A stretch of 64,000 nt of DNA from contig CAXXFL010000006.1 of assembly GCA_963674965.2 (NCBI GenBank), positions 992,001 to 1,056,000 of the forward strand, written 5' to 3'. The translations under genes were made by a program, and so were the position numbers. Positions 45,704-55,478 of the stretch are shown in pieces. Each line of letters opens with the position of its first letter. Position 1 is the stretch's first letter. Below the pieces are notes generated by a model. It saw only the letters and a program-made list of their open reading frames with translations, was not told where the DNA came from and did not search any database. This stretch comes from a bacterium. GTDB lineage: Bacteria > RBG-13-61-14 > DATKZS01.

Positions 45704-48253
45704 ATGGCAGTAAACGAAGACCAGCGGATTGGAAGGCTCCTGGTCCGCGAGGGCGCGATTACGGAGGAAGACCTTAGTAAAGCGCTCGAGGCCCAGGAAG
45801 CCAGCTACGGCAAACCACTGGGCGAGGTGATGATCGAGCTCCAGATGATCGACGAGCCCGACTTCCTTCGCGTCCTGGCCAAGAAGTTCCATACCCAATA
45901 CCTGACGACCAAGAAGCTTTCCGAAATCAAGGTCTCGGAGGGCATCCTCAAGCTTGTGCCCCAGGCCACGGCCGAGAAGTACAACCTCTTTCCCGTCCAG
46001 TTCAAGCGGGGAGACAAAACCCTGACCGTCATCATGACCAACCCCGACGACGTGGCCGCCATCGACGAGGTCAAGTTCGTCTCCGGCATCGCCACGGTCA
46101 AACCCCTGGTGGGCCTGTCCGAGTCGATTAACGCCGCCATCAAGAAATGGTACCAGGGCGACGATAACGCCTTTGGCATGCTCGAGCGCTTCAGCGAAAG
46201 CTTCGATGGAGACGACTCGCCCCGCAACGCCCCCGCGGCGCATCTCGAGTCCGCCGACGGCCCTCTCGACCTTACCGGCCTGGTTCGCGGCAAGGACGAC
46301 GAGGAGGGGGAGGCGGACGTCTCGGAGAAGCCCGACGACCAGAAGGTCGAGGTCGACTTCGACGATGACGACTCGGAGGTGGACGAGGATGAGGAGCCCT
46401 CCATCCGGGACGTCATCCTCGGGGGCGGCGGTGACGGCGGGGTTTACCTGGGCGGCATGGAGGAAGTCTCCGGCGACATGGTCCAGGACGAGGCAAGCAT
46501 CGTCATCGAGGACCTGCCGGGAGACGAGCCCGTCGAGGAGGTGACCCTCGAGCCCGTCAGCCGCCAATCGTCGGCCGATGACACCATCGATCCCAAGTCG
46601 GGCAGGCGCGGCGACGTCAAGAAGTACCGCATGCGCATGCTCGTGGTCGAGCCTCACGACTCGATCAGGAAATTCATCATCCGGCTTTTCGGGCACGAGG
46701 GTTTCCGGGTCCGGGGAGTGGACGGGCGGGAGCAAGCCCTGGCGGAGCTGGCCAAGGACGAATACGACAGCCTTGTAATCAAGGACCGGGACCTCGGAGA
46801 GGGCGACGAGTTCGTCAACCTTATCGCCGAGAAATACCCCGAGGTCGAGCTGTGCTCGATCAAGGATTACGGGTCCGCCGTCATCGGGGAGACCAGGTCC
46901 CATAAAAAGCTGATGAACGCCTTTATCGAGACCCTGGACGTGCTTATGGGACTGCTCGAGATGGAAAGCGGCGCCATGCAGGGCCACAGCCATAACGCGG
47001 GAAAATACTGCAAGCTCATCGCTGGCAAGCTGGGACTGCCCCAACGCGAGGTGGACACCATCTCCATCGCGGCCTACGTCCACGAGCTGGGCAAAAAGGG
47101 GATGAAGCACCGGTCCATATTGAAGATCGACGACTCGGTGGACATGGACGACGTAGTCGAGCAGGCCGAGATACCTCTCAAGCTCCTGTCGGCCGCGAAG
47201 ATCCCGCTGGAAATAAAAATCATCCTGAGGCACCAGTTCGAGAGGTGGGACGGGCAAGGAGCGCCGGGGGGACTCTCGGGCCTGGATATCCCCATCGGCT
47301 CCCGCGTCCTGGCCCTGGTCGAGGCCTTCGAGGACCTGACCAACGGCGGCTTCGCCGGCGATCCCCGCCTCGAGCCGCCCGCCGCCCTCGAGTCGCTCAA
47401 GAAACACGAGAACGCCATATTCGATCCCGAGCTGGTCGAGATATTCATGAGCGTGGTTCGGGACGACATCTACCTGCAGGAGATGGCGGGCGCCGCGGAA
47501 AAGATACTCATCGTGGACACCGAGGTGGACCAGTTGACGCTTCTGGATCTCCGTCTGGTCAACATGGGTTTCCTGGTCTCGAACGCGGGCTCGGGGGAGG
47601 AAGGCCTGGCCAAGGCCAAGGAAGAGTCGCCCTCACTCATACTGACCGAGGCCGTTCTTCCCGACATGTCCGGGTTTGACATGATCGAGAAGCTCCAGTC
47701 CGACTCCGCCACCAGGGATATCCCCTTTATCTTCCTGTCCAAAAAAGACGACGCGGCCTCCGTCAACAAGGGGTTCCAACTCGGGGCCATGGACTATATA
47801 ACCAAGCCCATCAAGGTCGACATCCTGGGCGCCAAGATCAACACCATGATGAGCCGCCTGAGCGCCCAGAAGAAATCCACCGCCTCCACCTCCGGCGGCG
47901 TCTCGGGCACGCTCTCGGAAATGGGTTTGCCCGACATAGTCCAGATACTGAGCGCGGGCAGAAAGACCGGCCGCATCACCCTCGAGAACAACGGCGAGAC
48001 CTGCTATATAGACATGGAGAACGGCCAGGTGGTCAACGCCTCGGTGGACGACCTCAAGGGTGAGGAGGCCTTTTACAAGATACTCTACTGGAACGAGGGT
48101 TCCTTCTCGATAGACCCCAGCGTCGAGATCACCGAGCGTCTCATCACCCTGACCAGCGAGTCCCTCATGCTCGAGGGGTTCCGCCGGATGGACGAGGAGA
48201 TGGACGGCAAGGGCGGCGACGACATCCAACTGGACGGAAGCGACTTTTTCTGA
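45704..48253 (+). CDS. Multidomain signalling protein: MshEN/T2SSE_N, acidic linker, REC-like, degenerate HD-GYP, REC, DUF4388
   Basis: RIGRLLVREGAITEEDLSKALEAQ; HELGK and ERWDGQGAPGGL; KILIVD...LPDMSG...DYITKP; GTLSEMGLPDIVQIL...KTG...GEEAFY...W.EGSF. Confidence 0.85.
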   Translation: MAVNEDQRIGRLLVREGAITEEDLSKALEAQEASYGKPLGEVMIELQMIDEPDFLRVLAKKFHTQYLTTKKLSEIKVSEGILKLVPQATAEKYNLFPVQFKRGDKTLTVIMTNPDDVAAIDEVKFVSGIATVKPLVGLSESINAAIKKWYQGDDNAFGMLERFSESFDGDDSPRNAPAAHLESADGPLDLTGLVRGKDDEEGEADVSEKPDDQKVEVDFDDDDSEVDEDEEPSIRDVILGGGGDGGVYLGGMEEVSGDMVQDEASIVIEDLPGDEPVEEVTLEPVSRQSSADDTIDPKSGRRGDVKKYRMRMLVVEPHDSIRKFIIRLFGHEGFRVRGVDGREQALAELAKDEYDSLVIKDRDLGEGDEFVNLIAEKYPEVELCSIKDYGSAVIGETRSHKKLMNAFIETLDVLMGLLEMESGAMQGHSHNAGKYCKLIAGKLGLPQREVDTISIAAYVHELGKKGMKHRSILKIDDSVDMDDVVEQAEIPLKLLSAAKIPLEIKIILRHQFERWDGQGAPGGLSGLDIPIGSRVLALVEAFEDLTNGGFAGDPRLEPPAALESLKKHENAIFDPELVEIFMSVVRDDIYLQEMAGAAEKILIVDTEVDQLTLLDLRLVNMGFLVSNAGSGEEGLAKAKEESPSLILTEAVLPDMSGFDMIEKLQSDSATRDIPFIFLSKKDDAASVNKGFQLGAMDYITKPIKVDILGAKINTMMSRLSAQKKSTASTSGGVSGTLSEMGLPDIVQILSAGRKTGRITLENNGETCYIDMENGQVVNASVDDLKGEEAFYKILYWNEGSFSIDPSVEITERLITLTSESLMLEGFRRMDEEMDGKGGDDIQLDGSDFF

Positions 48254-48266
48254 TCTTTGAAGGGGG

Positions 48267-48845
48267 GTGATTAAAACCGTTCCTTTCGACATACCTTCAA
48301 GCTTTCTTTTGGGCATGCTCTTTCCGCTGGTTTGCGCGGAGGGAGTGCGCTTGGCCGGACACTTTTTTATCAACCGCTTTTTCCTGGGGGCGGTCCTGAT
48401 CGAGATATTCTTTTTCATTCCCCTCGGGGCCTATCTTTATTTCTTTTATCCCGACTGGAGCCTCATGTATTTTCTCGATCCCGCGTCCATGGAGGAGGCC
48501 GACGTGAGGCTTATCGGCGTGGCGGCCCTGTCCTTGTATTTCGTCTTCATGGCTGCGGGTTTCGCCCTTGGCTCACGGCTGGTGAGGATGGAGAAAACCA
48601 GGGCGGCCGTTATCGTTTTCGCCGCCTCCGCCCTGGCCCTGGGGGTCTTTTCGCTGCTGACCTATTCCCGCCTGACCCAGGTCGGGCTCTACGCCGAATG
48701 GGCCGCCGACCCTCGCGCCACCACTCACCTTATGAAACACGCGATCGGCTACGTCATCGGCGTCGACGCGGCGGCGGCGGGCGTTTTTCTCTTGATGCTG
48801 CTAAACTCGTTTCGTAAGAATGATATCATTCCAGCGGTAAGTTAA
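48267..48845 (+). CDS. Hypothetical integral membrane protein
   Basis: About five hydrophobic segments, YPDWSLMY motif, GTG start. Confidence 0.65.
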   Translation: MIKTVPFDIPSSFLLGMLFPLVCAEGVRLAGHFFINRFFLGAVLIEIFFFIPLGAYLYFFYPDWSLMYFLDPASMEEADVRLIGVAALSLYFVFMAAGFALGSRLVRMEKTRAAVIVFAASALALGVFSLLTYSRLTQVGLYAEWAADPRATTHLMKHAIGYVIGVDAAAAGVFLLMLLNSFRKNDIIPAVS

Positions 48846-48898
48846 GGGGCCTTAAGTTAATCGACCTTTAATCGTCCCTCGGGCAAAGGGAGCGGAAA

Positions 48899-49198
48899 AT
48901 GAAAAAGATACTAATCATCGGCGGGCTGATCCTTATCTTCCTGATTGGAATATTTATCGTGCCCAAATGGATAAACAAAAAGGCGGCCGAGTCCAAGGCC
49001 CATTACGACAACGTCGAGAAGGAGGCCAACAAAAAGGCGGACGAGGTCTTGGGAGACAAGCTGGGCATCACCGGCGGCAACGCCGGCTTTGGCGGCAAGT
49101 ACTCCCAACACGCCCGGGACAACGCCAACAAGGCCATGATGAGGTCGAACAAATACATGGACGATATGGAGGCCGAGGAGGAAGAGGAAGAAGATTGA
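48899..49198 (+). CDS. Small membrane-anchored hypothetical protein
   Basis: GGAG RBS, N-terminal TM, acidic tail, followed by a terminator. Confidence 0.65.
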   Translation: MKKILIIGGLILIFLIGIFIVPKWINKKAAESKAHYDNVEKEANKKADEVLGDKLGITGGNAGFGGKYSQHARDNANKAMMRSNKYMDDMEAEEEEEED

Positions 49199-49220
49199 CG
49201 CTTTCCCTTTTTCAAAAACG

Positions 49221-49253
49221 ATGGCCGCGGCTTTTTGCTGGCGGCCATTTTTT
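49221..49253 (+). terminator. Intrinsic terminator
   Basis: ATGGCCGC...GCGGCCAT followed by a T-tract. Confidence 0.6.
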
Positions 49254-49284
49254 CGGCTTCCATCATTATGAGACGGTTGGTTGT

Positions 49285-49317
49285 AAAAGAAGGCCCCGCA
49301 AACTTCGCGGGGCCTTC
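49285..49317 (-). terminator. Intrinsic terminator of the qmo operon
   Basis: GAAGGCCCCGC...GCGGGGCCTTC 11-bp stem then TTTT on the minus strand. Confidence 0.8.
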
Positions 49318-49344
49318 GAGGTTACGACAAGCTTGGATTATCGG

Positions 49345-50550
49345 TTACGCCGCCTGGGCCTCGGCCTCGGCTTCTTCTCCCGCCTCGGCCGCCTCGGCCC
49401 CCAGTTCCTCGTAGCGCTTGTGAATAAGGGCCACGGTCCTGTAGACGAAGTGTGCAAACTTCGAGTAGGGCGAATAGATGAGCAGGGTGAACACCAGCAC
49501 CAGATGGACGAAATAGGTCGGGTAGGCCAGAACGCCCCATCCAGTAAGGCGCAGTATCCAGGACAGGAGTCCGGTTATGCCCACGCCGAAGATAACGTAA
49601 AGGAAAAGGTTATCGAAATAGGAGGACTTGAGGTCTCCCGAAACCTCTCCTTCCTTCCTGTTCTGGATCATGATCCAGGAGCCGCCGACCAGGGCCGCGC
49701 CGCTCACGATGCCAAGGAGTTTCACCGGGTGGTACCAGTTAAGTGGATACACGCCGAAGGCGTCGATATGGGCGTACTCGTGCGCCACCAGTACCACGAT
49801 GGCCAGGGCCGTGGTCAGAAGCAGGCCCAGAAAGCCCCACAGCACCAGGAGGTGGGCCGTCCGCCGCCAGTTGTTGGCCTCGCACTTCTCGAAGTCGCGG
49901 TGAGCCAGGATGTCCGTAATGGTCTGCTTGCCGGCCTCGTACATTCGCATCCTGTCCATCTTGGGCACGAACTCGAGAAGCGACATGCCGGAGGCGCCTT
50001 TCCACAGTCGGTCAATGCCGATGAGGAAAGCCAGGGCCGCCAGTCCCGAGAAGGTGGGGAAGATGACGTTCATCTGGATGTGGCTGATCATGTGTCCGAA
50101 GACCACCGGTCCGTCGGGCGTGTCCCACTGCCCCGTCACCAGGAGAAGGAAAAGGATAAGGAGCGCGGGGAAACCCAGAAGGAAGGGAAGGTACTGCGGG
50201 TCGGCCACGGCCTTTCCCATGAAGGACGGCCAGGCCAGTCCCTCGATGACCTTTTTCCTGATCGCGCCCAGCACGTCGCCGGGATTGGCGCCGCGGGGGC
50301 AATAGGCGGAGCAGTCTCCGCACTGGAAGCAGGTCCAGACGTTGGGGTCGGTGGTCAGCTTGTCGGCCAGACCCCACTGGGCCCAGATCATTTCCTTCCT
50401 GGGGAAGGGGCTGTTCTCGGGGGCCAGGTTGCATACTACCGAGCAGGTGCCGCACTGGAAGCACTTCTTGAGGCTTTCGCCCCCGTTCTCCAGCACGTCC
50501 TGGATGAAGTCCAGGTCCGGTTCCACTTTAAGTCTGTTTTCTGTCGCCAT
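49345..50550 (-). CDS. qmoC: QmoC (2x[4Fe-4S] plus membrane cytochrome b domain)
   Basis: CFQCGTCSVVC, FPRKEMIWAQWG, CFQCGDCSAYCPRG, TM helices with His, PYSKFAH. Confidence 0.95.
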   Translation of the reverse strand: MATENRLKVEPDLDFIQDVLENGGESLKKCFQCGTCSVVCNLAPENSPFPRKEMIWAQWGLADKLTTDPNVWTCFQCGDCSAYCPRGANPGDVLGAIRKKVIEGLAWPSFMGKAVADPQYLPFLLGFPALLILFLLLVTGQWDTPDGPVVFGHMISHIQMNVIFPTFSGLAALAFLIGIDRLWKGASGMSLLEFVPKMDRMRMYEAGKQTITDILAHRDFEKCEANNWRRTAHLLVLWGFLGLLLTTALAIVVLVAHEYAHIDAFGVYPLNWYHPVKLLGIVSGAALVGGSWIMIQNRKEGEVSGDLKSSYFDNLFLYVIFGVGITGLLSWILRLTGWGVLAYPTYFVHLVLVFTLLIYSPYSKFAHFVYRTVALIHKRYEELGAEAAEAGEEAEAEAQAA

Positions 50551-50589
50551 GACGTTAACTCCTAATCGAATTAATGAGCCCGCGGGGGA

Positions 50590-52833
50590 CTACATCCCCT
50601 TGAACGGGTTCATGCCGATTTCCTCGATCGTCTCCATGAACTCGTTGATGATCTGGGGCACGCGCTCGTAGTCGGTGATCTCGATCTCGTGCAGCGCCAC
50701 CCGCTCGTCCTCGAGGGCCATCTGCTGGAGTTTCTCCCGCACGTTCGAGCTCCTGGCCACCATCATCTCGGAACCCTTCACGAAGTGGCACTGATAGTCG
50801 TCGCCGTGCTTGCAGCCCATCAGGATGATCCCGTCGTAGCCCTTGGAAAGCGCCTCGTTGATCCACACGATGTTGACCGAGCCGAGGCAGCGGACCGGGA
50901 TGACGCGCACGAAGGGGCTGTAGCTGATGCCCAGGACGCCGGCCTGGTCCAGCGCCGGATAGGCGTCGTTCTCGCAGGCCAGGAGAAGCACGCGGGGCTT
51001 CTCGTCGTACTCGTCGGGGACCTCGACGGCCTTGATCATGTTGGCCACCATGTCCACGCTGTAATCCTTGAAGCTGATGATGCGCTCGGGGCAGGCGCCC
51101 ATGCACACGCCGCAGCGGCGGCAACGGGTCGGGTTGGGCAGAGGCGTTCCCTTTACGTCCTCGTTAAGGACGCCGAAGGGGCACTCCTCGGTGCAGCGCT
51201 TGCACTGGGTGCAGCGCTGGAGGAAAAATTCCGGATAGGACTGGTCGCCGGCGCGGGGATGGACGGCCTCGCCCCGCGAGGTCACCTCGACGCACTGGAT
51301 GGCCTTGAGGGCCGCTCCCATGGCGTCCTCCTGGGCCCCCTGGAGGTCCATGGGCGAACGAACGCAGCCGCACGGATAAATGCCGGTGCGGCGCGACTCG
51401 TAGGGGAAGCAGATGAAATGGGAGTCGGGGTATCCCCAGGTCAGGGACGGAAGGTCCGGACCCTGGCGGTAATCCAGGTTGAGGATGGCCGTGCCCTCGT
51501 GTTTTTTATACTCCTCGAGGTTCTTCTTGGCCATGTCCATCTGGGCCCCCTCCTCGCCCTTGGCGATGGTGGCCTTGGCGTCGATGACGATCCTGATCTT
51601 CTCGCCGTCGGCCGCGATGGGGACCATCCCCACGCCCAGGACGACCATGTCCACGGATATCTCGAGGTCCTCGCCGAGCAGGGTGTCGTCCACCAGGGCC
51701 TTGAGCTTGCCGCCCGACTCCTCGACCGAGACCACGTTGCCCTTGGTCATGAAGACGCCCGGGTCCTGCTGCGCGCTCTTGTAGAACAGTTCGTTGTGCC
51801 CCGGGGCCTTGAAGTGGTCGTAAACCACGTAGGCCTTGCCGTTGGGGTTCTTTTCCCTAACGTAGAGCGCCTGCTTGAGGGCGTTCAGGGAGTTGATGGA
51901 GGAACTGTAGGAGAACTGGTCCGGCTCGGGGGACCCTTCGTTCTGCACGAAAAGCACCGACGCGGCGGGCTGTCCGTCGGAGGGCCTGACGATCTTTCCG
52001 CTCTTGGCCATTTCCTCGAACTTAACGCTGGTGACCACGTCGGGGATTTGCTTGAACCCGAGGTGGGACAGGTGGTCCGGGTCCGCCGGGACCCATCCGG
52101 TCGCCTGGATGATGGCGCCGGCGATGAAGTTTTCCCCGCTCTCGAGCGTGACGTCGAACATGCCGGGCGCGCCCTTGATCTTCTTGATCACGGCGCCGGT
52201 ATAGACGGTGATGTTCTCGTTATTGGAGACGGCGTCGATCAGGGCCTCGATGCCGGTGTCCTCCAGGTCCTGGTAGGGCGCCTCGTGAGGAATGCTCTTG
52301 TAGAGCCTGGCCGCCATGCCGCCCAGTTGTCCTTCCTTCTCCAGCAGGTAGACCTTGTACCCGGTGACGGCGCACTCGAGGGCCGCCGTGAGACCGGCCA
52401 TGCCGCCGCCGACCACCATAATGTCCTTGTTGATCTTGTCGTGGTCGGGGAAAGGCTCGACGTAGTCCATTTTCTTGACCTTGGTGATGGCCATTCTCAG
52501 GTAATCCTCGGCCATCATCTGGGTGTCTTCCTCGCCCGCCGGCTGGCACCAGGCCACCTGTTCCCGAATGTTGGCGTAATCCACCAGCACGGTCTTGGGG
52601 AACTCGTTCCTTTTATAAAACCTGAAGGTCGGGCCGGCGATAACCAGGCGGGTAATGCCCTCGCTCTCGATATCCTTATGTATCGCCTTGAGGTCGTCGT
52701 CCTCGCAGGAGCCGATCTCCTTCACGATATCGGCCTTGAACTCGCTGGAGGCGACCTTTTTCATGGCCTCCACGTCGATGGCCTCGCCGATGCCGTATCC
52801 CGTGCAAATGTATACAGCTAGTTTATTTTCCAC
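50590..52833 (-). CDS. qmoB: QmoB (HdrA-like flavoprotein, ferredoxin and MvhD-like domains)
   Basis: VGGGMAG, SHFICFPYE, CTQCKRCTEECPFG, CRRCGVCMGACP, CENDAYPALD, VRCLGS, GCKHGDDYQCHF. Confidence 0.96.
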   Translation of the reverse strand: MENKLAVYICTGYGIGEAIDVEAMKKVASSEFKADIVKEIGSCEDDDLKAIHKDIESEGITRLVIAGPTFRFYKRNEFPKTVLVDYANIREQVAWCQPAGEEDTQMMAEDYLRMAITKVKKMDYVEPFPDHDKINKDIMVVGGGMAGLTAALECAVTGYKVYLLEKEGQLGGMAARLYKSIPHEAPYQDLEDTGIEALIDAVSNNENITVYTGAVIKKIKGAPGMFDVTLESGENFIAGAIIQATGWVPADPDHLSHLGFKQIPDVVTSVKFEEMAKSGKIVRPSDGQPAASVLFVQNEGSPEPDQFSYSSSINSLNALKQALYVREKNPNGKAYVVYDHFKAPGHNELFYKSAQQDPGVFMTKGNVVSVEESGGKLKALVDDTLLGEDLEISVDMVVLGVGMVPIAADGEKIRIVIDAKATIAKGEEGAQMDMAKKNLEEYKKHEGTAILNLDYRQGPDLPSLTWGYPDSHFICFPYESRRTGIYPCGCVRSPMDLQGAQEDAMGAALKAIQCVEVTSRGEAVHPRAGDQSYPEFFLQRCTQCKRCTEECPFGVLNEDVKGTPLPNPTRCRRCGVCMGACPERIISFKDYSVDMVANMIKAVEVPDEYDEKPRVLLLACENDAYPALDQAGVLGISYSPFVRVIPVRCLGSVNIVWINEALSKGYDGIILMGCKHGDDYQCHFVKGSEMMVARSSNVREKLQQMALEDERVALHEIEITDYERVPQIINEFMETIEEIGMNPFKGM

Positions 52834-52838
52834 GGTCC

Positions 52839-54097
52839 TTACCTCCTCACTATCTGTATGGCCTTGAGAGCCGCGGCGGTCGCGTCCTTAACCGAGCGCG
52901 AGACGTCAAGGGGCCTCTTGGCGCAGCCGGCGCCGATGATCCCGGCCTTCTGGTCGTCGACCACGAAGCCGTTCTCGTCATAGCGGGCCGGGGCCCCGGG
53001 CAGCTTGTCGTCGGCCGTATTGGGGACCACGCCGGCGGCCAGGACGGCCATGTCGAACTTGGCCTCCATTTTATGGCCCTTGAGCATCTCCTCGACGTGT
53101 AGGACCGGGCAGCCGTTCTCGCCCTCGGTGATCTTGGGGACTTTGCCCTTGACGAACTTGACCTTTTCGTCGCCGAGCAGGTCGTAATAGAATTTCTCGA
53201 GCCTGCCGATGGTCCGGATATCGATGTAGAAGACGGTGATCTCCGCGTCCGGGCATTGCTCGCGCAGATACCTTACCTGCTGAGGGTGCCCATGCAGCAC
53301 ACGCCTGAGCAGTAGGGAAGATGGTTCTCGTCGCGCGATCCCACGCACTGGACGAAGGCCACGCTCTTGGGCGCCTCGCCGTCGGAGGGCCGCTGGATTT
53401 TGCCGCTGGTGGGACCGTTCTTGGCCGCCAGGCGCTCCATTTGAACGTTGTTGACCACGTTCTGAATCTTGCCGAACCCGAGCTCGGCGAAGTTCTTGGC
53501 GTCAAAGGGCTTCCAGCCGGTGGCGAGAACGATGGCTCCCACCTTGATCTCGAACTCCTCCTCCTTCTGGTCCAGGTCGATGGCGCCAGCGGGCTCGGCC
53601 GCCTTGAGGGCCTCGACCTCGGCGCCGGTAAGGGCGTCCTTGTCGAGCACGTGCTGATAGGGAAAAGCCATCAGGTGAGGCAGGGCCAGGGCCTTCCTCG
53701 TGTTCATGCCCAGGTTGTAATCGTCCGGCACCTCGGTGGTGACGGCCTCGAGCTGGGCCTTGCCGATGGGCTGCTTGCCCGTGACGTAGCGCGGACGCGC
53801 CTTGATTTTTACCGTGTAGTCCCCCGCCTCGCCGCTGACCCCTGTCACCTCGGCCATGGTGTAAACCGCGATCCTCGGGTTGTTCTTGACTCGCTTGAAG
53901 TTGATCTCGAGGCCGCAGGTGGGGGGGCACATCTTGGGGAAGTACTGGTACATGCGCGCCACCCTGCCTCCAAGGTAAGGCTCGCGCTCGACCAGGACGA
54001 CCTCATACCCAACCTCGGCGGCCTCAACGGCGGTAGTTATACCGCTGATTCCGCCGCCCACTACCAGGATTTTTTTCGATTCCACACTCATGTCCAC
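52839..54097 (-). pseudogene. qmoA: QmoA split by a single-base frameshift near 53281 (real lesion or assembly error)
   Basis: The 5' ORF (GGGISG, YFPKMCPPTCG, QCVGSRD...CSGVCC) ends CCMGTL-SR*; another frame continues QVRYLREQ...FYIDIR...AALKAIQ. Confidence 0.9.
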
Positions 54098-54103
54098 TCC
54101 ATT

Positions 54104-54940
54104 TCAAACGTTTTGTTTGGACTTTAAAAGCTCGACCTCCCGCTCGCTCAAAAGCTCCTTGTTTACCTCGATCGTCATCTCTCCAAAGATGGCGAACCTG
54201 AGCCAGCGAAAGGCGAACCTCATCAACTCTATATCGTCGGACCTCAACTTGTCCTCGAGCCCCTCCTCGAGCTTGAAGCGCCTGAGGAAAGGACTCTCGA
54301 AGACGAACCTTCTGAACTTGTCGAGGTCATAGCAGGCCATGTAAAACATTTCCATCCGGGCGGGATCGAGTTCCTTCTGGGAGAGATAGGGATGGAGAAG
54401 AAGCTTCTTGAAAAGCTCTCCCGCCTCCTCGTACTCGCCTACTCCCTGGTTCTCGGTCCACTCGGCCACGGTCCATTCCCTGTCCTCCTCGTAGCCCTTG
54501 CAGTGGTCCTCATGCATCAGGAAATAGAAACCCTCGCCTTGTACCCCCGGATCGCCGGGCGCGGCCTGTCCCACCGGGTACATCCGGCAGGGCCAGGGCC
54601 TGTCTGAATAGACGCTGCAGCCATCCTTCTTGACGAAGGGGCAGGACTTCTTGTCGTTGTCCATCATGCGGAGGAAAACGAAAGGCAGCTTCTGGTCCTC
54701 GGAAAAAGGCACGAAAGTGTACTTGGCTAGAAAGTCCGACGTGCTCATATTGAGACGCCTGCTCATCCTGAGCACGTCCAGGGGAGTAAGGGTGATGTTA
54801 ACGTTGCCGCAACAGGCGTTGAAGCAGGGCACCCCCGGATGGCAGGCGAACTTGAATTTATCCTTGACCGAAAGGCGCGGGGCCTTCTCGAGTATCTCCC
54901 GGGCCAGGGCCTCCCTTTCCTTCATGGCGTCGTCGTTCAT
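54104..54940 (-). CDS. YkgJ-family (CxxCxxCC) cysteine cluster protein
   Basis: FACHPGVPCFNACC, LTPLD, CPF, CSVYSDRPWPCRMYP. Confidence 0.9.
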   Translation of the reverse strand: MNDDAMKEREALAREILEKAPRLSVKDKFKFACHPGVPCFNACCGNVNITLTPLDVLRMSRRLNMSTSDFLAKYTFVPFSEDQKLPFVFLRMMDNDKKSCPFVKKDGCSVYSDRPWPCRMYPVGQAAPGDPGVQGEGFYFLMHEDHCKGYEEDREWTVAEWTENQGVGEYEEAGELFKKLLLHPYLSQKELDPARMEMFYMACYDLDKFRRFVFESPFLRRFKLEEGLEDKLRSDDIELMRFAFRWLRFAIFGEMTIEVNKELLSEREVELLKSKQNV

Positions 54941-54941
54941 C

Positions 54942-55223
54942 TCAATCCTCGTCGTCCGCCAGGACGTAATCCTTGTGGGCGTCCTGGGACCAGACGGGAA
55001 GCGGCCCGCATTTGCCCGTCGACGGGTTCATGCGGCAGCGGTATGACGCCTTCTGCTGGTAATTGTTAAACATGTATTCCCAGCCCCTGACGTAGTAGTC
55101 GCACTCGTCGTTGAAGCACACGTAGTGGAACGGCTCGCTCCAGGTCGAGTCGCCGGGAACCTTCCATCGCTTCATCTTACTTCCGCAATGGGGGCAAGAT
55201 GGAGCATCCTCTTTATTAGTCAT
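54942..55223 (-). CDS. Small zinc-ribbon-like protein
   Basis: CPHC...VCFNDEC.YY; RBS present; 1 nt from the next gene. Confidence 0.75.
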   Translation of the reverse strand: MTNKEDAPSCPHCGSKMKRWKVPGDSTWSEPFHYVCFNDECDYYVRGWEYMFNNYQQKASYRCRMNPSTGKCGPLPVWSQDAHKDYVLADDED

Positions 55224-55399
55224 TCTTTCCGCCCTCTGTTTATTTTATTAGGAAGCTTGTTACTTCGCGGCCTTGTCACGGCTTTCTCTTCGTGTCTCCC
55301 GGCCGGGAAGACCGGTCCGGAATTCGGTCTCGTTTACGAGAACAACGGTTCGGTCTGGCGGAAACGCGCGTTTCGACGTTGATCTTCAGCGCTCGAGTA

Positions 55400-55441
55400 A
55401 AACGCAAATCCCCGGGCGCCGCCGTTTAAGGCGACGCCCGG
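55400..55441 (-). terminator. Stem-loop/terminator after aprA
   Basis: CCGGGCGTCGCC-TTAAAC-GGCGGCGCCCGG then GGATTTGCGTTTT. Confidence 0.6.
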
Positions 55442-55478
55442 AGTGACCGCGTGATTTAAATCAGGTCCAATGGTCGAA

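Noticed and set aside
53270-53295. Programmed frameshift or selenocysteine recoding in qmoA
   Set aside because: The stop is TAA rather than TGA, there is no slippery heptamer, and one added base restores the conserved Lys
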